Positions 45,830-61,785 of a stretch of DNA of 64,000 nucleotides are shown in pieces. The stretch is from the human T2T-CHM13v2.0 reference genome, Homo sapiens: assembly GCF_009914755.1 (NCBI RefSeq), contig NC_060937.1, one strand, 5' to 3'. Made by a program: the position numbers and the translations under genes. Positions within the stretch are counted from its first letter, which is position 1. Every line of letters starts with the position of its first letter. The notes beneath the pieces are model-generated. The model was not told where the DNA came from. It did not search any database and was given only the letters and a program-made list of their open reading frames with translations.

Positions 45830-46980
45830 CACCTTGCTAGGACTTATCCACTGCATTCATTTCTTCATCTCCCTCTCTATCCTGAACCCCGTTCATCAGG
45901 CATTTGTCCCCACCGTTCATCAGGCATTTGTCCCCACCACTCCTGTGCAACCACATTCATCAAGGGTGCCAGTGACATCTGTCTTGACAAACTCATGATA
46001 ATTTCTTGGCCATTTTCTTTCTCGACCTCTCAGAAGTTTTTTGACACTTGTGATCAGTCTCTCCTTCCTGAAATTTTGTCTTCAGTTGTCTTCTGGGATA
46101 TCAGGCTTTCCTGATTTTCCTGCCATCTCAGTCTCCTTTGAGACATTCTTCCCTTGCTGACCTCTGAGGTGGTGGTGCCTCAGGGCTCATTCCCTGTCCT
46201 CCTCTCTTCTCTGTATATACTCATTTACTGGGTGATCTCATACATTCCTGACTTTAAACACTAAATATATCCTGGTCATTCTAAAAATCCCATCTCTCAT
46301 CTGAACTCCAGACTTGTATCCACCTGAATCTCTAATATGTCCCAAAGAGAACTCTGTGCCCATCCAACCCAACATGCTCTTTGCCAGGCTTCTCCAACTC
46401 ATTTAATAGCATCTTCATTCAGCCAGTTTCTTAAACTAAATCTTTAAGAGTCATCCAACAATGAAGCATCCTACAATCAACACCTGATGGTCTTCCCTTC
46501 AAATGCACTCCAATCACACCATGTCTCATTACTTCCTGTTTCAAGCACTATTCTCTCACCTACTGACTACTGCAGCAGCCCTGCTTTCATTCTTGCCCTC
46601 TACTGTCAATTCTCCACTTTCTCTTTGTCTGGAACACTCATCCCCCTGATCTAAGAGGCCAATTACCTCCTTTCATCTAGATCTCTCCTCAAATATCACC
46701 ATCCTTGAGAAGTCTTCCTCAATATCTTATCTATAAGAACCCTACACTCACTTTCTATTTTGTAAAATCTGCTTGATTTTTCTTCTCATATACTTATCTG
46801 TACTTGATACTATGTTATATATTTATTGATTTATTTGCTTATTATCTGTGTCCCCAGGACAAAGTAAACTCTATGAGAGCACGGACTTTGTCTATTCAAT
46901 TTATTTTAGCTTTTTTAAGCACTCCGTAAGTTTTTCCAGAATGAATGGATGGACGGATGGATGAATAAATGAATGAATAA
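45830..46980 (+). mobile_element. L2a LINE fragment(s)
   Basis: Long pyrimidine-rich L2 3' region ending in a (TGAA/TGGA)n tail. Confidence 0.75.
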
Positions 46981-47402
46981 ATCTCAGTAATTTTGTCAAA
47001 TATTTTTATACATTATCCTATTCAATCCTCACAATAAACCAATTCCCAAGAACTAACTTGCTCAAGGTCACGCAGTTAGTAAGTAATGGAGTCAAGATTT
47101 GGATCTATGTTGGTCAGACTCAAAAGTCTTTCAACCACATTGGCATCAATTAGAGGTTTACAATTAAGGCTAGTGTCCAATCTATTGGGAGGTAATACGA
47201 TCTAGCCCTCTGCCTTCAGCAAGATATTTTACACCTTAAATTATGCTACCAAAAAGTAGTATCACCCTCAGTTTATAGATGAAACAACAGAGACATTTTT
47301 ATGATCTACTCAGTTTTAAAAGCAATACAACAAACTTACAATTGACTCACTCATTCTGACTCACAGAGAATACGTATTTATTTTAATATAAGAATGAATG
47401 TG

Positions 47403-48657
47403 TCAACAGGATACCAAGAAAATTCAGTGAAGAAAGAACAGTCTTTTCAGCAAACGGTTTTGGGGCAATTAGATATCCACATGCAAAAGAATGAAGTTAA
47501 ACCCCTACCTTATAGCATATACACAAATAAACTCAAAATGAATCAAAGCCCTAAGTGTAAGAGTTAAAGCTATAAAACTCTTAGAAGAAAACATTCATGA
47601 CCTTGGATTAGATGTCATTTTTTAGAAATGACATGTAAAGCAATAAGCAATCAAAGAAAAATAGATTAATTGGAATTCATTAAAATTAAAAACTTGAACT
47701 TTAAAGAACACTGCCAAGGAACTGAAGAGACAGCCCACAGAATGGGAAAAAATACTTGCAAATCATGTATCTGATAAGAGTCTAGTATCCAGAAATAAAA
47801 AGAACTCTTAAAAATCAATGATAAAAAGACAAAAAAAAAGTAAGAATGGTCAGAGATTTGAATATACATCTTCCCAAAGAAGATATACAAATGCACATGA
47901 AAAGATGCTCAATATCATTAGTCATTAAGAGTATGCATGTCAAAACCACGATGAGATACCATTTCACAATGACTAGGATAATTACAATAAAAAAGTTGGA
48001 CAATAACAAGTGTTGATTAGGAGTAGAGGAATTTGAACCTGTTGCTGGCAGGAATGTAAAATGGTGCAACCACTTTGGAAAACCATTTGGCAGTTCCTCA
48101 AGAAGTTAGACACAGAGTTACCAATGACCAAGCAATTCCACTCATAGATCTACACCCAAGAAAATTAAAAACATTTGTTTATAGAAAAATTGTATGTGAA
48201 TGCTCACAGCATTATTCATCGTAGCTAAAATGTGAAGACAACCCAAATGTCCATCTACTGATAAACAGATAAACAAAATGTAGAATATCCATACAATGGA
48301 ATATTATTCAGTAATAAAAAGGAATGAAGTACTGATGCATGTTACAATATGGATGGACCTTGAAAACATGCTAAGTGAAAGATGCCAGACACCAAAGGCC
48401 ACCTATTTTATGATTCTATGTATATGAAATGTGCAGAAGAGATGAATTCACAGAGACAGAAAGTTGCTAACTGTTGGAGGGAGGGGAAATACAGCATAAT
48501 TGCAAATAGGCATGGGTTGCTTTCTGCGGTGATAAAAATATTCTGGAATTAAATAGTGATGATGGTTGCACAAATTTGTGAATATACTAAAAACTACTGA
48601 AGTGTGCATTTTATAAGGGTGTATTTTATGTGAATTTTATCTAAAAATTTATTTTAA
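47403..48657 (+). mobile_element. L1MB-type LINE-1 3' portion
   Basis: atatccacatgcaaaagaatgaag...tatgtgaattttatct; TSD aatgaatgtg at 47393 and 48658. Confidence 0.9.
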
Positions 48658-49788
48658 AATGAATGTGATTTTAACAGTAAGTTAAATTATCTCCTGTAAA
48701 GCTAGAGAAGTTACACAGTGGAATGGGACAAGCACTGAATCAGGAGACCTGCCACATCCCTGTTACCAAGATCTCTGTCTTGGTGTGGGTCAATCATTTA
48801 TCCTGTCCAGTCGTTAGTGAGGTGTTGGCAAAATAAGGGGTTGGACTCATAGATTATCTCTAAGGCACCTTTAGTTTCATAGCTCAATATTTATAAGCCT
48901 GGACAAAAACTTAAAACTTGGATAAAACCCTAAAAGGAACCAGATGCATACTTGTGTACTCCTTGCTGTATTTTGGATATAGATGAGGCTCTATAGCATG
49001 ATACGGAACCATACCATCCAAGTTCAAAGCCCTGCTTGGCTGCTTGCTAAATGCCTGCTCTTAGACAAGTTATTTCACCTCATTCCATCTCAACATCCTC
49101 CTCTGTAAACTTGGATAATAGGATTGCCTACTGTTGTAAATGTTAAGTGAGTTTGTGTATTGAAAGCACTAATTATAGAGTACACTCATAAAGGATGAAA
49201 ACAAAGCAAAGGTGATCACAGCCTTTGGCTACTGCTAGAATGAATGTCTAGATTGCAGATAGAGATGTGTTTTGTCACTTTTGCAAATGTTATTTCTCCT
49301 GCTCCTTACAGAAAGTCTAAAGGTAGCTATTTAACAGGAGAATACAGAGTTGGAACTATTGAGTGACTTGAGCCAGGAGCTGAGGGCTGTCCAGCTCAAA
49401 CTCTAGGGCCCTTTTCTTCCTTCCCAGAGACCACACTCTAGGATTCCAGGGGACTGTTCTGACATCAAGGCATTGCAGGGTCTCTAGGAGTAGTATGTGG
49501 AGGGATTAGCTAACTAGCATAAGAAAATGGTTTGGAAATTTGATAGGATTAGCTATGTAGTATGTATTATGTGGAGGGATTAGCTAGCTAGCTAACTAGC
49601 ATGGAAAATGGCATTTGAAATTCTTCTGAAGATGAATCCTATGTTTTCAGTCCTCCTCTCAGGTGTACTCAGATGATTTTTTCAGAACCTGCAATTTTTC
49701 AAAATATACTTAGATTATATACCTTATGTATATTTCTCTAAATCATATTTCTACCCACAGATATTTTTTAAATGAATAAAAAAAGATT

Positions 49789-49918
49789 GGCCAGGTATGG
49801 TATCTTGCACTGGTACTCCCAGCTACACTGGATACTGAGGAGGGGAGGACTGCTTGAGGCCAGGAATCTGAGACCAGCTTGGGCAACACAGGGAGACCCC
49901 ATCTCTAGAAAACAAACA
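49789..49918 (+). mobile_element. FLAM-like Alu monomer
   Basis: Diverged single monomer with A-rich end. Confidence 0.75.
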
Positions 49919-50323
49919 AAATCAACTTCCGATGTGTACCATTCTAAATGGAAAACTATATTGACACATTTTCAGTAGAAGTTGTCATACCCTCCCTCTA
50001 TGCAAGTAAACACAAGCTCGTTCTTTCACTATTAACATATCATTGAAGGTTAGCCATGAGTTCTGGATGTATATTAATAATTTCTAGATTTCAGAGACTA
50101 TTATAAGTCACACAGTCAACTTTATGGAGATCATTCAATATTGTATGTTTAAAATAACATTGAATGTATTGTATTTGCTAGAAATAACATTATTATTGCT
50201 TAAAACTGACTGAATATTTCTGAGACAGATTTGTCGCCCCCTTTGTTCTTTTGTAGACAGCATTCCCTCCACCTAGTAACCCTGATTTCTGTAATTTCTA
50301 TTAATGAATAATAATAATAAATA

Positions 50324-50621
50324 GGCCAGGTGTGGTGGCTTACCTGAGGTAACCCCAGCACTTTAGGAGGCCAAGGCCGGTGGATCACCTGAGGTCAGGA
50401 GTTTGAGACCTGCCTGACCAACATGGTGAAACCCCGTCTCTACTAAAAATACAAAAATTAGCCAGACATGGTGGTAGGTGTTTGTAATCCCAGCTACTCA
50501 GAAGGCTGAGGCACGAGAATCGCTTGAACCTGGGAGACGGAGGTTGCAGTCAGCTGAGATCATGCCACTGCACTCCAGCCAGAGCAACAGAGAGACTCCG
50601 TCTCAGGGAAAAAAAAAAAAA
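50324..50621 (+). mobile_element. AluS SINE
   Basis: Full dimer with A-tail. Confidence 0.94.
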
Positions 50622-51287
50622 GGCAATAAATAATAAAAGCCAACACTTTAAGCACTGACTCTGTGCCATCATTGTTCTCTTACATATATTATCTTATTTA
50701 ATACTCATTCAAAAATGATTATTAACTCCATTTTATAGATGAGAAAACTGAGGTCGAGTGGTGAAGTATCTTGCCTAAAGCCACAGAGCTAGGAGGTGGT
50801 AGCATCAAAGAACGGGGCTTTCCTGCTCTCTGGATCTTATTGCTGAACATCAGTCCACATTGCTTATTTCTCTCTCCACCCAAGCCCAAATTCATCTCCT
50901 CTGAGAAGAGTTCCATAAGTGATCCTTGCTCATAGGAGTTTTTCTTCTCTATTCTTTCAGCACTTACACACTCAGTTTGCAGAGCATTCATGCGTAATTT
51001 TTGGAAAATTTTGTTACTTTTTCAGTGTTATCAAGAATGCATAATTTGTGCATCAGGCTAAGGCTAAACTAAAAATCAGAGTCTGCGTCCTCTAATTTTT
51101 TTGAATTCTTCTGCTATGACTTGTGAGTAAAACAATGTTCTGAATAAAGTAGTGTTCAGCAGATACTATCAATTCACAGCTCATTAATCACAGTGTTGAG
51201 ATTCGCATATATGTAACTGCTAACAAGTATTATAGCTCATTTCCAAATCGATTTCATTTACCAATGTTATATACTGCAACTACTCAC

Positions 51288-51558
51288 CCTCGTATCTAAT
51301 ACCTTCAGTTATACAACTTTTCAAATCTGATGATGACAACAAGAATGGCTTGGATGTCCTCAGAACGTACACGATGTACAAATAAACAGCCCAAAGTCTT
51401 ACTAACATGAGCCTTCCAAACAATGCAATCAGTAAATCTTGTCCTACAGGCTCAAGGAGCTCTCTGTTTTCACTGTCGTTTGTACCGTTCTCCATGCAGT
51501 TTAGCTGAGAAGTTAAATCCAGCATAAGTACATTAAAAAATGTATCTGATATTTTCAT
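51288..51558 (-). CDS. Candidate alternative STARD13 5' coding exon (90 codons + 1 nt), unverified
   Basis: Open frame MKISDTFF...GIRYE ends exactly at GAGG|GTGAGT (GT 51287-51286) in phase 1. Possible acceptor tttctgcttcatttgttag| at 51561. No repeat recognised. Confidence 0.35.
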
Positions 51559-54500
51559 TTCCTAACAAATGAAGCAGAAATTATATTTTGCAAGTAGGAA
51601 AGGCATGTTTTCTCCAAATGAAACTTAAAATCTTACATCTGCTCATAAAAATGTTGAACATCTGAAAATATGAACAAATGCTGGAGTTGCAGGAATGACC
51701 TAACAGCTGTTGCACGCGCAGTGACGTAAAAAGCTGCAGACGCATTATTCAGCTATTCAGAAATAGGATCTGGAAAGCATTCTATTTTGGTACACAGCAA
51801 AAATTTATTTTTCTCTTGATAAGCCAGGACTTCAGAAGTTAAAAAGAAGAGACTGCTATCTTTAAAAACCTAAGTCGATATTTGCTACAATCATGCAATC
51901 TAGTTCTCCTTTCTACCAATTTAAACTAATAGTCCAGTTTTTGAAAGATACACAACCTAAACAATGTCCCTGTGGATGTTGAATTAATTAAAATTGGCAG
52001 GGCATTATGAACAAGCAGTAGTATAATTTTCTTGGGAGAAATTTTTAAAAACACTCTTTTTTCTTTTTTATAGGCATCTAAACATGGAGATAGAGACATA
52101 GGTAAGAACTGTAACAGAATAAGAGAAGAAATTTGAAATCTCAATATTTTTTCCTCCGGCCAGAAAATGAGTAGCAACAACCAGAGCCACCATGCTGGGC
52201 AGCACAGGTTGTAATGTGACGAGGCCCCTACCAGGGTTGTGCCACACTGTGTTAACAGTGCCTGCCAGCCTGGCTCCCACTGATTCTCTGAGCTCCAGCC
52301 ATATTAGGTGCCTCCAATCCCTGCTCTAGTCCAAGTGCTTGCCTGATTCTGAGCCTTTGCATATGCTGTTCCCACTGCCTTGTACGCCCTTCCTAACCCT
52401 TTCTCCTATGGAATTTACACTACCCTCCAGAACTCAGCTCAAACGCTATTCCTCAAGGAAGCATTCTCTAACCTACAGATGCTGTTAGCCTCCCTGCTAT
52501 ACTCTGATCGCACCCTTCTCCCACTCAGCCCTTCCCACAACTGTAATTAAATAATTACATGGGCAATTTGTCACATAAGTGTGATCTACCCCCTAGACGG
52601 TAGGCAAGTTTTATGAGAGTTGTTTTTCAGCTGAATTCCCAGCACCCAGCAAAGTGACTTGCCCAAAAAAGACACTCAATGTAACGGTACATACATGGTA
52701 CTTAGCTTCTCATTTTACTACCTCAAACAAAGCACTGTCTCTGATCTTCTGCTTTCCCATTTTTCTATACTTTAAACTTGATTCTCTGGCCTTCAATTAA
52801 CTTAATGCCAGAAGAAAATGGATTCTGGCAGAAAACATAGCCAGAAATATGCATCATGCTCTTAAAAGACCACTTGGCTCCACAAAATGGCTCAGGTAAG
52901 AAACGCCAACTTGCTCCTTGGTCCAGTCTAATTTCTATTCTGGTGTTATTCCCTTTTGGTCTGGTTTCACAGTCTCTACTGAGGGAAACAAAAACACGAA
53001 ACACACCGTCAGGATCTTGCGCTCCTCTTGGGGATTTCATAAGGCTATTTCCACAGCTGATTATCACTCTGACTTTGGGCAGGGAGAGGTTAAGAAAAAA
53101 AATGCAATATTCTGCAACAGCTGAAATAATTCTCTGCCAAAGCCTGGTTTTAAATTCAAAGTATGTTTTCTCTGTATGTAGAAGGCAGTAAAAGGTCTAA
53201 AGTTATAATGTGACATATAAATTTAGCACTCTAAGATGCAAAAACAGAGCAGATATTTTTATGCACTACTCATAATAATAATTACTATTGACTCTAAAGT
53301 AAGCAAATCCATATTTGTTTTCAAGTTAAGTGTGTTACTTGAGAATATTCGAAAACATTTGCTAAGGGGTGTGAACGGTGCAGACTCTCATCAAAATCCA
53401 TCTGTCTGAATCTATTAACTGGCATTTCCCCAGCTGGGGCATTCCTCAAGTCCTACATAACAAAAGCTCCTTATGCCAGGAGTGAGGGCTGATACTGAAC
53501 TTAGAAACTGGATTTATTTTATCCAGAATTAAAAGTTCTAAATGGATTTTGTAATCGTGTATCTTTAGGACCCAACTCTATCAAACACAAAACCAACAGC
53601 TGATGTCAAATAGAAAATTAGAGTTTGAGCTTCAAAGTCAAGGTAGCTATCACTGCTTTTCTATTTTAAAAAACAATTTGAAAATACTCATGTAAATTAT
53701 TCAGGGTAAGGGGTGTTTAGCGTTTCATGTCTTTTCTATCCCCCCAATGGACTTCATTGCTTTCTGTTTTTCACTCAATGTTAATGAAGAGATGTTATCT
53801 TCAATTTTTAGCATTTGTATGTTTTTGAAGGACTATAATATTTAGATTATCCCAAATCAAGAAAACCACTTTCATCATCTATAAAAAGACTGCATGTGTT
53901 TTCTGAGTACATGGAAGGCCGCAACAAATGCCTGCAGATTGATTGTGATATGTTGGTCTTCCACATCCTTGTCAAGTTTATCCCTAACACCTTCCTTTCT
54001 GAAAATGGGTGCTGCTCCTCCAGACTGTACTGGAAATGTCATTTCTATTGCCCTGTGTTTACAAATCCTGGAATCTCTATTTTACTGCCACTCATCTTTT
54101 CTCTTTCATGTATATCAAAAGTATATATGCTATATTGTGCATGTGTGCATATATATATATATAAATAATCTTTTGAGGACGTAAACTGAAAAGCTTCAGA
54201 ACCTACACATCAAAAAGTTTGTCACAGTTTGCTTGTTTATCACAGGCAGCTTGTCATTTTCCCCCCAAATCCTCACTGGCACAACGGTGTTTTTAGTGTA
54301 GTCAACACTACTTCCTACTGATGCTGAGTAAGTGAAGGCTCAGTTTAACTCTTCTCTAGCCTTCATCAAATCCTAAAATGGCTGGCATGTGAGGCCTCAG
54401 TAGCTCCAAAAGGAAACAGGATGAGGGCCTTTCTCAGATACTCTGCTTCCTGTTATCAACCAACAGTTCTGCCCACCAATATCTCCTGATTATTCTATAC

Positions 54501-54813
54501 ACAGAGAGGAAAAAAATGAATAAAGAAAATTCAAAATGAACATAAAGTCTTGGTATAACCTAGGATTTTGAGTCCTTTTCTTCACAAAACCTTTTTATCT
54601 GAGGTACTTTAAAGAATTTTTTTTTATCCCCTTCCCTTTGGTCCTATTATGGGCTGAATAAAACTATCCAAATGTTACACTCCAAAGGCGAAGAAAAGAT
54701 TTTTTTCAAAAAGAGTAAAAAAATGCATACACTGCATCCCCAAATCACCTTAGAAAGTCATCTTGAGTCCTGTGAAGCCCAACATTGTCTCTGTTACTAA
54801 GAAGCAGAAAAGT

Positions 54814-55141
<328 letters not shown>

Positions 55142-55651
55142 TCATCAACCGGTGAAACGTGCAGAGGTGATTTATCCCCATCTCCCTCTCTCTCTCCTCC
55201 AGAAACACAAGCACTGCACTTCAGTGGAGTTAAAAATCAGCGCTTCCTTTCAGAACAACTGTAAAAATCACAGGATGTAGAGAATCATTTTAAATAGGTA
55301 GCACAAATAAACAGGAAATCCCCTCTTCCCCACCTGGCCTTCCTCACCCACTCCCTATGCTAGGAAAGCCCTAAAGAGATTTATCAGCCAGAGATTTCTG
55401 CCAGAGCTGTTTTCACTTAGTTAAACACCACTTTTGTGCACTAGAGTTTTACAAAGAGGCCATTAAGGTAAGAAGCTAAATTTGAAATGAAATTTTCTTT
55501 TAGTGTACGTCAATAAAGTAATGTAAACCAAACACAATACCCTATGTACTAAGTTCCCTGTTTAAAACTATTGTCTTTGGTTTCTTCCTGTACTCCGACA
55601 TTAAGGGGAGAAAAAGGAAACTGTATTCAGAGCATCTGCTGAGTGATATAA

Positions 55652-55825
55652 TGGTGTTTTCGAAGTGGGGTTCACACATCAACAGCCTCACAATTCCCTG
55701 AAATGGTTCTTAAAAATGCAGGTTCCTGGACCCCCATCTGTTCAATCTGATTTTCTGACAGGTGGACCCCAAATTATGTATACTGAAAAACACCTCAAAG
55801 TGATTCTTTTGTATTAAAACTTGGG
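55652..55825. mobile_element. MER5A-like hAT MITE
   Basis: ttaaaaatgcaggttcctggaccccca...gtgattct...aaaacttgggaa. Confidence 0.6.
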
Positions 55826-56433
55826 AATTAATAAAATGACTGCTTCTAATGCTTTCACATAGGTTATCTTATGTATTAGGTTAAGAATATATCTCACCTC
55901 AGTTCTAGTAATCCATTCACACTCAAGTGGTGCTCTTATAATTTGTTGTAGATGTTTATCCCCCTTTAAGCAGCAAAAACCATGCTGTTCTTCCATCTTG
56001 GACACTTCACGGTCACATGCCTGAGCCACGTGACTTTGTTCAAGTTCCTAAGCCTGTGTGAACTGTGGTTGTATGCTATGAAAACTGAGCATAATTCTGA
56101 CCTTCTAGGACTGTTTTATGTATTATTTTCAATCACAAGTGTGCCTGGCACATGGTTAGCACTCAAAAAGCTGTATTTTAATTTCCCTTGAGAAAAATGG
56201 TGCACCTAAGAAATAGTTGTACATTTATCCACAATTAGTGCTTCAATCTTAGAATACCACACTAGAAATGTGATGATAAACCAATGTTACCATTTAAAAT
56301 ATACATGTAATACCTACATATCTTCTGTCTCCATTAAATAAGTTCTCTTGAGAGACGATATTCATTTTTTAAATGCTGGCCAGCTTGAAATATTTTCCAA
56401 ATGCTATTTTGAGTACACTTTAGACGTATGTGA

Positions 56434-56772
<339 letters not shown>

Positions 56773-58384
56773 CTTTGGTGATTTTTATAATCAGTATTAT
56801 TTTTTATCATTGTAAGTAAATAAGTATAATTTAAAAAGAGGGTGAAATTTGTCCTTTCAAATACATGGTAAAGGTGCTACATTTATGCACTTTGAAAATG
56901 GATTTGCTCTTTAAAATAGTTAAGTTTTTCATGGTCAAACCTGATGAAAAGAAGGTGATTGATCTTCAGGAATCCAAAACTGAAACCTGAACAAAGAAGA
57001 GACTTGTTTTCTTGTGCGGTTCAAAAGTTGACAATTCCCAAGAAGAGCTTCAAGTGTTGCTGAGATAAGGTGGCAGGCCACTAATATCATTTGAATGTAA
57101 ATATTTCAGTCTATGTATATTTTTAAAGTCTGTCTTATTTTGGCTTAATCATACCTAAAACATCATATGACATTTGTTTTTCGTATACTGTCTCTCCACA
57201 GGGTTCTTGAATTAATATACTTGAGTGTGAAAATTGTTTTTCCAATGATAACAATTTCCATCTATGGCTTCTAGATTAAGCAGGATCCAGGTATAATGGT
57301 GATAGAGGCTGTGATATGAAGTAGTTTATTCTAAACCAATATGTTCAGAGGTTTGAGGGCTCTGGAAACAGATCATGTGGTTCTTAATGTTTACTTCAGA
57401 GTTCTCTTTAGCTTTGAGAACCCAGGCCAGAATCAGCTAACATTTTAGAGTCAAAATGTCCTCATTATAAAATGGGTATGTTAATAGTACTAACCCTATG
57501 GGCCACTAGAATGAAATAAAATAATGCACGAGACGTGCTTAGCACAGTCTCTGTGCTAAAACATAGCAAGGACTCCATCACTGCTAACTATTGTCGGTTT
57601 TTCTAGAATCTCCATGATGGCAAGCAACCATTTCAACCAGAGTGCAGGAAATGCATTTTTCTTTTTGAAAGATTGACCAAGAAAGGGTAAGAGGGATGGG
57701 GTCATGGGATACATGGAAGTTTTTCTCTAAGCAGCACAACTATCTCTCTAATTTAGCTCATAATTCCTTTGTGGTCTTATAAATACAGTATTAATATTTC
57801 CCACATGCCAAATAGGGGCCCTTGAGTCACAACAAGAGTTCTAAGGGTGCCAGTGAGTTATCAGTGGAGGTAGGCATCAAATTCAGCATTGTTTCAGCTG
57901 GGTTCTCTAACAGTTCACTGCCTTTCATATGCAGATGATTTGTTATGCAATAATTTAATTCAATGGTTTTCATAAAGAATGCCACAGAGGGCCTGCTTCA
58001 TGTGTGTTACTTTATTGTTGCCCTGGTGACATTTGAAGAGCCCTCAGGCAACTACAGCTATCTGAGGATTCCAGAGAGCAACTTCATGTGAACAAAAAGG
58101 CTAAGTGTTACGGTGCAGCTGTTCAATGCATATTCTCAAGTTCTGCACCATGAATTAATACTTTTCTTCTGGCTTATTTTCTTGCCTCTAGTCAGTATGT
58201 TAAATAAATTCAGCTTTTCATGAGAGGTTGAACTTATACATAATCAAATAACTCAAAAACTTTTAATGAAATTTTGTGAAACCTTTTAAACTATGTACCC
58301 CTAAAATCATTCTGTAAATATACTAAAGTCATGGAATTACAGGATTTTTTTTTGTCTTTTAAATTCTTTGTGACAATTTAGTTT

Positions 58385-59595
<1,211 letters not shown>

Positions 59596-60422
59596 AGTTT
59601 TAAGTAGTCATTAATAGCTGTGAGCTCTTTGAAATCTTGCATAAAGCAGGTCATCAAGAAATGCTATGAACAAATAAATATAGCCTTTTACGTCCATTTC
59701 AGATTTCTTTTCAAGAGGGTGCTTCTAAAGTAACTATTGCGCAAAAGTCCTCTGAAAAAATAGGTCAAGAAGTGATATCAGTTCCACTATGGAAATTATT
59801 GGCTACAAAGTGTCTGTAATCACCACACGTATTTCTGACACTTACTTTAACTCTAAACTTGCAAATCCAAGTAAGGGCACCGAGGCTTGGAGTGAAGACG
59901 CCCCCAGAGACCGGAAACCCAGAATTTCCAGGAGCTCTGGTAGGTTCTGCTAATTCAACAAAAGCCTTCTTTAAAAGCCATGGAGGACTTCATGCTCTTT
60001 GCAACATCCATGCAAGAAAAGAGGCTCTCATGATTATGCTATAAAGTTGTAGAGCAAAGTAATTTAGACAGAATGGATATAAAAATAAACGGGCTTGTGA
60101 TGCTCATGAGAGAGAAAAGAAAATGGATTCACATATTTTTGTCATCCTGGAGTCAGAAAATAATTTGCAGACTATCCAATAGAGCACCAAAGGATGAGCT
60201 TTGCAAGCTCCTCATCTGGCTCTGACCCCCCTTGCTAGTCTTCTCTTCACTGGCTCTTTTTCTTGCACTTCAGGTCCCAGCAACATCAAATAATTCCTCA
60301 TGCTGCTCCGTGCATCTGTTTCTTTGCCTGTGCTCTGTACTTCCTTCTCCTTCCAGTGTAATTTCTCTCCTTTAAGGCTCAACTCAGAGACCTCCTCTGT
60401 GACAAGCCACTCCACCCTCTGA

Positions 60423-60821
<399 letters not shown>

Positions 60822-61422
60822 TAAAATTAGGGTCTTTTTCATCTTTTTTCTCAGTGCAGAGCATAGCAGAGTGTCTGACACATGATGTTCACTCAATAAA
60901 TGTTTTTCATGGATGAATGAATGTAGCTAATTTCTCCCATTTGCATAAAAAAACCAAGGGCCAGAGGTTATTTGCTCCTTCCTCTTAATTATGTGATGGT
61001 CTTTACGTAATTAGCAACTAAGTATTTTTTGTATAATTGAGTCATTAACTAAATTTGAATAATCAAGGAGGCCTGTAAAAGGTCTCACTGCTTCCACTCT
61101 TGGCCTGTATTGTCTTTTCCTTCCACATTTTACATCATAAACCAGGTGAATTGCTCACAGCAAATCATACCCCAAAGCATATCCAGACTCTCTCCCAGGC
61201 ATAAAGCTGCAGAGGAGCTGGCTACCTGTCGACCCCATTCCCTAAACCTCTCCCTGTAGCTCACTGCATTCCAGCCCTGCCCACCTCCCCACCTATCCAC
61301 AGACACTTCCACAGGCTCCTGCTTCAGGACTCATTCCCGTCCTTTTCCTTCTGCCTAGAACATTCTTTCTCCCAGATCTCTGAATGTCCCTGCTTCAACA
61401 CCACTTCTCCAGAGAGTTCTTT

Positions 61423-61785
61423 TGCAACGAACTGAATGTCTGTGTCCCCCTCAAATTTCATATGTTGAAGTCCCAACCCCCAGTTTGATGGTATTGGGAG
61501 ATGGGGCTTTTAGGAGGTAATTAGGTCATGAGAGGAGAGCTCTGGTAAATGGGATTAGTGACCTTATAAAAGGGACCACAGAGAGATTTCTCACTCTCTT
61601 TCTGCCAGGTGGGGATACAACCAGAAAACGGTTGTCTGCAGACTGCAAAATGGTCCTTTTTAGAATCCAACCATGCTGGCACCCTGATCTCGGACTTCCA
61701 GCCTCCAGAACTCTGAGAAATACGTCTGCGGTTTAAGCCACCAGTCTATGATATTCTGTCAGAGCAGCCCACACCACCTGAGACA
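61423..61785 (+). mobile_element. MLT1A MaLR solo LTR inserted in L2
   Basis: TG...CA ends; tcatatgttgaagtcccaacccc and cttccagcctccagaact; TSD tcttt/ccttt. Confidence 0.9.
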
